A DNA stretch of 64,000 nucleotides. Source: Vicugna vicugna (lineage: Eukaryota). The translations under genes were made by a program, and so were the position numbers. This document shows positions 1 through 64,000 of this stretch, piece by piece; the first letter of the stretch is position 1, and each line of letters begins with the position of its first letter. The stretch is taken from contig MU061804.1 in assembly GCA_013265495.1 (NCBI GenBank), forward strand, positions 620,001 to 684,000, given 5' to 3'. The notes under the pieces are model-generated. The model did not search any database and was not told the DNA's origin. It saw only the letters and a list, made by a program, of their open reading frames with translations.

Positions 1-304
1 TTCATTAGATTTCTCTCCATGCAGCCCCTGGGATCCTGGCCTTACAGCCCTGGAAAAGGATGGCTGAGAGAGGGCATGGCAGGTGGGATCTAAGCTGCCC
101 CAAGCTCTCCCACCGGCCCGCAGGGTCCCAGGACCGCGCACATGGCGGGCTCCCCCGCGATCACATCATGCCATCTGACACACACACCCTGAAGGCGGGA
201 GGTTATCCAGGTGGGCCTGAGACAGTCCTGACAGCTCTGCAAAAGGAGAGCGCTCTCAGGCGCAAACTCCCAGCCGCAAAACAGACACGTCCCGGGGAGG
301 GAAC

Positions 305-633
305 GTGCAGCATGGTGACCACGGTGAACGGGGCTGTACTGCCTCATTTGAAAGCTGCTAACAGAGAGGATCTTTAAAAAATTATTTATTTAAATGGAGC
401 CACTGGGGATTGAACCCAGGACCTTGTGTGCGCTAAGCACACGCTCTGCCCCTCAGCTGTACCCCCACCCACCTGAGAGTGGATCTTAAAAGTTCTCATC
501 TCAAGAAAGAGCTTGTAACTGTGAGGGGACAGACGTTAACTGGACCTACTGGTACAGCTGCACAATGTGTGCAAATATGGAATCATTGCGTTGCTCACGT
601 GAAGGTAATGCGAAACCACCTCAGTAAAAAATG
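305..633 (+). mobile_element. old L1 3' end (L1MA9-like), interrupted by a SINE
   Basis: catggtgacc...gaaagctgcta...gatcttaaaagttctcatc...gtaactgtg...ctcagtaaaaaa follows the recalled L1MA 3' terminus. Confidence 0.7.
375..470 (-). mobile_element. tRNA-derived SINE (camelid Vic-1-like)
   Basis: minus strand gggggtacagctgaggggcagagcgtgtgcttagc...tcctgggttcaatcccc with A/B-box-like head and AT-rich tail; imperfect TSD gagag(t)ggatctt at 364-374 and 475-487. Confidence 0.8.
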
Positions 634-1204
634 ACACAAAACAACAGACGAAAAAACGTAACAGGAAGGGGCTGAAAGATACAAGGACGGAGAGCTCTCG
701 GCTGGGAGCCGGGGGTGGGGGCCGCGGTCCGAGCAGAGGCCGCCTCTGGGGCGGGGGGGCCCTGGCTGAGGGCTGGGCCCGCGCCCGGGACAGGACACGC
801 CGTGGTCAGCGGCTGATTTTGGCCTTTTGGCCCGGGGCCACCCATGGCCGGACTCCAGACCTTCAGAACCTGAGCCGATGGCTGGTGGGGTCACTGGGGA
901 CCCGGCAGCGGGACAGCACCACAGGGGGCTGCGGCTGGTATGCGGGGGAGGCGGCTCCGTGCACAGCTCTGCAGTTGGACCGCCGGGTTGAAATCCACCC
1001 TGTGGCCACACCGGAGAGGCTGGCGGGGAGGAAGGCCCCAGAGGAGGCAGCGGGGAGAGGGAACGTGGGACCCACAGCTCCTGGGCCGGGAGGCAATCCT
1101 GGGCATCGCAGCCACGGGGGCAGCCTTCCAGGGGAAGGTCATGAGTGGTCCGACAGGAGCAGTGAGGCTCAAATACACTCGTCTCCTCCAGCTGGCTGAT
1201 GGCG

Positions 1205-1600
1205 CACCCCAGTGCACGGCCACATGGAACCTTAGATGGGACCTGAGCTGGAAACGGGGTCTTGGCAGATGTGGTTACTTAAGACCAGGTCATACTCAAT
1301 ACAGGCGGGCACTAAGTCCAGTGGGGCTGTGTCCTTATCAGCAGAGGGGACACTCGGGGAAGGCGGCCGTGTGAAGATGGAGGCAGAGCCTGGAGGGACC
1401 CAGCCACAGGCCGAGGAGGGCTACCACCGCAGGCCCCGCGGACCCCGGGGAGGGGCCGGGACAGACGCTCCCTCGGAGACTCCGGGGACCCACCCCCGAC
1501 TGCCGACACCGTGGTCTTGGACGTCTGGCCTGATCCGTGAGACAGTACACCCTGTCGTTGTAAGCCGCCCAGTTTGTGATGGCTTGCACGGCAGACCTGG
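1205..1600 (+). mobile_element. MLT1 (MaLR) solo LTR, degenerate
   Basis: ggcagatgtggttacttaag...gtgtccttat...gtgaagatggaggcagag...gccgacaccgtggtcttggac...gttgtaagccgcccagtttgtg. Confidence 0.7.
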
Positions 1601-3509
1601 CTGTGGTCCAGCTCCCAGAATGACCCGGCACACCTTCCTGCAGCCTTAAACTGTTTTCAGGACGGCCTGTGTGACTGTGGGACGTCGTAACGGTTGCTTC
1701 ACACCAGCTTTGTGTCTTAGAGCCTCTGCCTTCTGCGTCCGCAGGTTGGCGGTCTGGGGCTGGCCGCAGGGCGAGCCCGGGTTCTCGCCGAGTCCTCCCG
1801 CCTCGGGCTGCGTGAGGCTCGTCCTCCCAGATCCAGATGCTCCCTCTCGTTCCTTCTAGTTACCTCCAGGACTTGCCTTTGCCTCCTGGACTGAAGGGTT
1901 TAGCACCTTTGCAGGGGGGGGTGGGGGTGAGGGGGCGCGGTCTCCGACAGAGGTTTGCTCTGAGCTGGCGCCGTGGGCCCTTTGCGAGCTGGTCCTTTTT
2001 CACTTTTAAATTTTATCTCACGGTAGGAAAATACCGCGTATGAGACCTGCCCGCCCAGCAGGGCTTTGAGTGAACAGTGCAGGATCGGGAGCTACGGGGA
2101 TGGTGCTCATCAGCGGACAGACATCTGTGTTTGAGATTCTCTTTGATTCTTGGCCTGACTTCCTGCCTGGCTGGCTCCTCCCTGGTCTCGGGAACCCACG
2201 CTTCCCTGGGATGGGCTGCGAGCATCTGGCTCCCTGGTGGGGACTTGGCTGGGGCTGGGCTCTCGTGGACAGTGTGTCTTGATGGGTCTGGGTTCCAGCG
2301 CCAGGCACCACGGTTCCCCGTCGCTCCAGGATGAGGACTTACTCCCTTGCTTTACATTGAGCCTGAAGAACCGCAGACCTTTCCTTCCAGGAAAGCCTTT
2401 CTCCCTGGACAGAACTGTAACCAAAGCCATCGTGGAAAAGCTGGAAAGTAACGCAGTTAAAGGAAGAAGGTGGAAGTCACTGCTGATCCCACTGCTCAGC
2501 GACAGTCGAGGTTGACACGTCGGCGAACGGCCTTCCAGGTTTCCTTCCAGTCGTGCCCACGCGCACGGTGAGCGTGTGCTCAGTTCTCGCGCCGCCGGCG
2601 ACGGGCCTGCTCACACCCGTGTGGACTGAGTCACAGCGCGGCTGCCGAGAGCATGTTCTTCAGCTGCCAAGCTCGGACTGTTTACGACGCTTTAAGGTGA
2701 GCTCGTTATTCTGACACGTGTCTTGTGGCCCTGTGAGTCTGTTCCTTCACTCCAGGTGTTTCTATCGCTTTGTGGAAGGATTTAGCTGAGAGGAGGCACC
2801 TGTCTGGGTTAGCCACGGAGCTGCATTTCCACGTGTCACCACCTGTCTTGTTTTACAAATGAAGAAACGGAGGCAGAGAGAGAGTCAGTGATGGCCACAC
2901 GTGTAGTCAGGGTCAAGGCCCCGGCTCCCCACCAGGGCTCCTGTTGGGGGCGGCCTGCGACTCCGAGGTGGAAACGTCAGAAGGGTGAGGGGACCCGCGG
3001 CCCGCCCTGTCTGGCTTCTCCAGTTACTATGCCGCTGGGTCTCCAGCGTTGCTCCCACGTGAAGCACCCATGTGGCGGGTTTGCGATGCGGGTTCTGAGA
3101 TGGGGCTGGTGCTTGGGACACGGTGCCTTGAACAAGCTCCAACCTGCAGACTCTGGAGGGGCTGGAAGGTCTTGGGGTGCAGTGGCGTCGCCTCAGGGAC
3201 ATTCACAGCCTTTCCGGAGCAGCTCGGAAGTACCAACCAGTCAGGAGGACGGCGGGTCTTCGCAGCCAGGCTCTGCTGGGCGGACAGGAAGACCGTCCCT
3301 CCTTCCCGGCGACACCGGGGAGCGCTTGGCCTACCTGTCGGCTGGCGGAGCACTGGAGCTGGTGCGGCCAGCACGCGGCCTATGTCCGCCTCCACCACGG
3401 GCACTGGGACCCCTTCACTTTAACTTGTAAAGCGAGTTGAACATCTGACCCCACTTGGAGCTGGTAAAACCCTGGTGGGATGGGCTCGGCCCACAGCAGG
3501 TGACACTCA

Positions 3510-59797
<56,288 letters not shown>

Positions 59798-59989
59798 TTA
59801 ACCTGGGGTCCCAGGACCAGGAGCGAGGAGAGAGGGGCCCGGGCTCAGGAGCCCGAGTTCCGACCCCGCCCGCACCTGCCTTTGGGCGAGTCGCTAAACC
59901 TCCCTTCCTTCTGAACAGCCCCACCCGGAAAAACAGAGACAGCAGTGCACAGGCTTTGCGACGTTACTGGGAGCATTCCATGGGATGAT

Positions 59990-60700
59990 GGCCTTTAAAG
60001 AGCCCCCTGAGCGACGAAATGAAAAAGCAAGTGGTACCGCGTCAGCCTGAAGAAAGGAAACCGTCAGCACAGTGAAAAGACAGCCTACAAGGTGGGGGAA
60101 AGTGTGCAAACCACGCAGCTGCTAGGGGCTAATGTCCTGTAAGCCAACAGCAAAACAAACGGAAGGCGGCCCAAGTAACCCGTTAAAACAGGCCCAAGAC
60201 CTGAGCGGATTCTCCTGCAAACAAAACATACAAATGGCAACGGGTACGTGGAAAGTGCTCAACGTCCTTGCTCAGCAGGGACCGCAGGTCAAAACCACAG
60301 CGAGCCTTCCCCTCACACCCGTCCCGACGGCCATCCCAGGAAAGGCAAACGGTAGCAGGTGTGGGCGAGGACGTGGGGAGGAGCGAGCCCGCGCACGGCT
60401 GCTGGGGGCGCAACGGGGGCAGCCGCCGAGGAGACCGGGATGGAGGTTCCCCGGAAACCGCACGTCCAGCCGCCACGGGGCCCAGCAACTCCACTTCGGA
60501 GACGACGCCCAGAGGACGTGCCCGCCGTGGCTTTATTCATAATCGCCGAGACGTGGAAGCAACCTGACCGTCCGTGGACGGATGAGTGGATAAAGAAAAC
60601 GTGGCGCACATATCTGCGATGGGACGGCATCTAGCCGTAGCCACGAACTTTAACACACTGAGAAAAACGAAATCCACTGACACTGAAAAGGGGGGGGTGT
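59990..60700 (+). mobile_element. old L1 ORF2 3' segment, strongly GC-shifted
   Basis: peptide AVALFIIAETWKQPDRPWTDEWIKKTW matches the L1 ORF2 end; gaaaccgtcagcacagtgaaaagacagcctaca; tgctcaacgtcc...caaaaccacagcgag. Confidence 0.85.
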
Positions 60701-61679
60701 GCTTCATGGAGGGTGCCAGACGGGCAACAGGAGTGAGTGAACCAGGGAGCGAATGAATGAGTGCTGGGCCTAGGCAAGCGCCACGTTGCAGCAGTAAGTA
60801 ATTCAGGGCCAGACCACCCCAGGTGAAAGGTGCTGGGGAGCAGGTGCCCACAGAACCCCGGTACCTCTGCACGGACTCCTCAGTTATCACAGAGGGAAGG
60901 GAGCCCTGACCGTGGGGGACTCTGGCAGACGCCCCTTGGCCACGTTCCTACACTTGGGGTCACTAATAACAGGACACATGATGCCGCGAACTTCCTGGTG
61001 TCATACGGCAGGAGCAGCTGACCTCTCTGTGTCTGTCTCCTCAGCCCCGCAGGACGAGGCCCTGGGAAGTGGAGTCACCCCCTCCAACGGCCCCGTCCAA
61101 GGTCCCGCAGACCCTGGGGGCCGGCCCCCTCGATGACTCTCAGCCGCGTGGCTCCAGCCGGCCTCCTCACTGTCCCCCTGCGTCCCCGCTGCTGGCCGGC
61201 CCAGCTCTGCTGTCTGCTGGGCTCCCCTCTTCGTCCCCTCAGGCCTCACTTAAGGTCCCCTCGCCACAGTGTCCTGGCCGCCACGCTGTCCCCAGCCGGC
61301 TTTTTATGTGCTCATCACGCCGGGATGGGGGTCCAGGGAGCGCCGCTGGTCTGCTCCGATCACCCCCTCCCAAAGGAGGTGACTGGGAGTGTCTCGTTGG
61401 ATGAAGGAACGAGAGTTACTTAAGCGTGACGCTCTGGTGCTTACTGGGGCGAGGAGGCAAGGGGAGGGGGACGGGGTGACACAGACTCCAGTGTGTGTGC
61501 GGAGCAGGGCAGGGGCTCGCACACTGGCCTGAGTCCAACCCGCCTGCCCAAAGGTGAGGAATGGGTCTTGTTTGCCCCCCACCCGCCGATGTCATTTCTA
61601 ACCCTGTGGCTTCCCTGGGTCTGGGGGGCAGGGTCTGAGGTTCCCGACCCTCCATCGCCAGACTACGTGCAAACCGTTA

Positions 61680-62000
61680 CGTCCCAGGATTACACACTGG
61701 TGGCTCCCGCAGTGTGTGCGGTCGGGGCTGGGGGTGGGCAAACTGGGTGAGGGGGTCAAAGGTTCAAGCCCATAGCTATGAAATGCGAAGCCCAGCACGG
61801 TGACCACGGCCGACACGACTGCAACACGCAAGGGAGCTGTTAGGAGAACCGATCTTGCAAAGCTCTCCTCACTGGAAAAGCACCGTAACTGCGTGACGTG
61901 ACGGATGCTAACTGCTTACTGCGGCGACCACTCCACAACAAACACGAACATGGGATCAGCGTGCTGCTCCCCTGAAACTAACATAAAGTCACACGTCAGT
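61680..62000 (+). mobile_element. L1MA9-like 3' end, CpG-enriched
   Basis: gggtgaggggggtcaaagg...cagcacggtgaccac...gtaactgcgtgacgtgacggatgctaac...cctgaaactaacataa. Confidence 0.7.
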
Positions 62001-62002
62001 GG

Positions 62003-62212
62003 CAGTTGGCCCTCGAACAACGTGGGGGTTAGGGCGCCCACACCCCGCCTCCGGTGTTTGAAAACCCGAGTGTAACTCGACAGTCGGCCCCTCTAATCTG
62101 AGGTTGTGTGCCTGCAAATCCAGCCGGCCGCGGACCGTGTAGTCTGCAGTGTGGAAGGGTCTGCAGGGAAGTGGGGCCGCGCAGTTCAAACCCGAGTCGT
62201 TCAGGGACCATG
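62003..62212. mobile_element. MER8-like Tigger2-derived MITE
   Basis: inverted termini cagttggccctcgaacaac ... gcgcagttcaaacccgagtcgttcaggga, followed by TA. Confidence 0.7.
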
Positions 62213-64000
62213 TACGCCTCAGGTTTAAAAAAGGGAAAAGGGAAAAGCATCTACGACGCGTCAGTTTACCCCACAGAACAGGGCTGCCGTGCCTGTGAGA
62301 TGCCCGGGGAGGGCTTCCCGAAGAGCCGTGTGTGTGTGCGTCCGCCCTGGGCTCAGAGTCAGGAGTGAGGGCGGGCGCCAGCCAGCAGCCTGACCCCAGC
62401 CCGCTGGCCACGGACGTGCCCTTGCCGAGGAGGTGCTGCCCCTGGACCAGCTGCGCTTCGGACAAACGGAAGCCGCAGTCGTGGCGCTGTGTGCGCTCAG
62501 CTCAGCCTCCTGCTGCTGCTCGTCCAGCAGGACGACGTGGAGGTCCCCGCTGCTGGCCTGCCACCCGCGCTTTGTCCCTGCGGAGCTGGGCTAACAGAGC
62601 AGAGCTGGTGCCAGTGGCCTGGCGTCAGGAGGGACCCAGCTCGCTGCACGGCCCATCCCTCACGTGCACCTGGGTGGGGGCCGTATGTTCTCCCTGAAGG
62701 GCCGGGTGGGGATGGTGCTGGGATGCCAGGGCAAAGACACGGAGGGGCCCAGAGGAGGCGGCCCGGGTCCGGGGGGGTTGGAGGTGCCTGGGGCAGCCTC
62801 TGGCAGGGTGACGGGAGGGACCGTTTAAACAAAGCAACCGGTGTCCCTGCGCACCCTCAGACTCTCCTCCCTGACGCCAGTCAGTCCTGACGGCTTGGCC
62901 TCGTGTCGGACGAAGCCCCGTGTCCCAGAATCTCTCTCCTTTCAGAAAGCTCAGCCGGGGGTGAGCTGCAGGGGTTAACGGCAGAGTCGCCGCCAGCAGA
63001 GGCTTTTGTCCTAAATGACTCAAACTGAAACACACACTCACTCACCAAGAAAGCAAGTGCTTTGAGGAGAAGCGCGCATCAGCAGATCAAAGGAGTTAGC
63101 GTCTCCGACCTCGTAGAGAAACCAGGAGCACCGAGCCCCCTCCTCGCAGTGACGCCCGTGTGCGTCCCCGGACACAGAGGAGTCCTCCAGCGTCGCGGGT
63201 CTCAGCCCCCAAGCACAGCCGGCTCTGAGATGGCCCTCCCTCCCCCAACTCGTGCAGGGTCAAGTCCTTGGTCAGTTCTCCACGTCTCCGGCCCCCTCTC
63301 GCCCAAGTGTTCCCCACCCTGCCGCCCCTCCACCTGCGGCAGGTGCGCACGGGGGCTTTCCCTGCCAGGTTCTTTGTTCCCTAAACTCTCCGGCTTCACC
63401 TTGGCCCCCTCCCCTCTGCCTCGGGGTCCAGGTACCAACGCTGCTCAGGGACCTTTATCTGCATCCTGCTCCCTGCTCTGTCCGCCTCGGGCTCTCTGCC
63501 TTCTCCTGAGGGTGGAAAAGGCCCCGGCCTTGCGTGATCCGGAACATTCATCTTGTGAACTTTTGCTTCAAAGAGCTCAGGGCCGCCCTCTGCGCTCTGG
63601 GTACAGATCAGAGCCCCGAGCCTGCTATAAATAAAAGATCTTCAAAGTGCCGGCGCCCACAGCTCTGGGGCGCTTTGCAAATGCTCCGTCCCACCGCCTC
63701 TCAGCTCCAGAGAGGTCATCACTAAATTTATATCTGTCCCAACGGTGCTGCCTGAGGAGCAGGAAGGAGCCCGCCCAGCCTGGGGGAGCTGATCTGTTAC
63801 AGTGCTGGACCACCTCACAGCAGACGTCGTGCGGGGAGTCTGTGGCGGGGCCGAGGGCGGAAGTGGTGGGGGCCGAGGGTCAGGTGAGGTGGCCTGGGGA
63901 AGCAGGCAGTTCACTCGTGGGGGAGGCCAGCCTCTCTGGGGTGGGAGCCTGAGGACCAGGCCAGTCCGGTCCTGTCGGATTCAGCAGAGCCTGGAGGGAC

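Noticed and set aside
375-470. tRNA-like A/B-box sequences here and at 7292, 8079 and 50920
   Set aside because: These are SINE heads with AT-rich tails and in some cases TSDs, with no complete cloverleaf. They are not tRNA genes.
690-870. CpG-rich GC-box patch as promoter of an antisense lncRNA
   Set aside because: The whole window is CpG-rich, so the patch is not distinctive, and no transcript structure is visible.

Overview
Mammalian genomic DNA. The whole window lies inside one minus-strand gene, CACNA1C (Cav1.2 L-type calcium channel alpha-1C). I mapped exons 14-40 (conventional human numbering) by their splice sites. They cover domain II S5 through domains III and IV to the EF-hand/proximal C-terminus. 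The path includes the mutually exclusive pairs 21/22 and 31/32 and cassette microexon 33. Taking one exon from each pair and assuming 159 nt for exon 29, the path is 2831 nt and stays in frame (about 943 codons). Most of exon 29 falls in a 164-N assembly gap. Exon 13 and exon 41 (and the downstream IQ exon) are outside the window. Introns carry MIR, MLT1, old and young L1, MER8-like and tRNA-derived SINEs. The SINE and young L1 resemble camelid elements, so the species call is an inference. Main points: (1) a U12-type minor intron after exon 15; (2) a Tyr-to-His change just after the domain II selectivity-filter glutamate that also creates a UGCAUG motif; (3) strong AT-to-GC drift in old repeats, constitutive-exon third positions, acceptor tracts and amino-acid changes, which the alternative exons largely resist; (4) several well-formed cryptic exons around exons 31-33, the best being a 138-nt stop-containing candidate in intron 32. 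Comparisons with human, rodent or repeat-consensus sequence are from recall and need alignment. I found no evidence of a wholly new gene system, and the long ORFs in the track are mostly GC-content artefacts.
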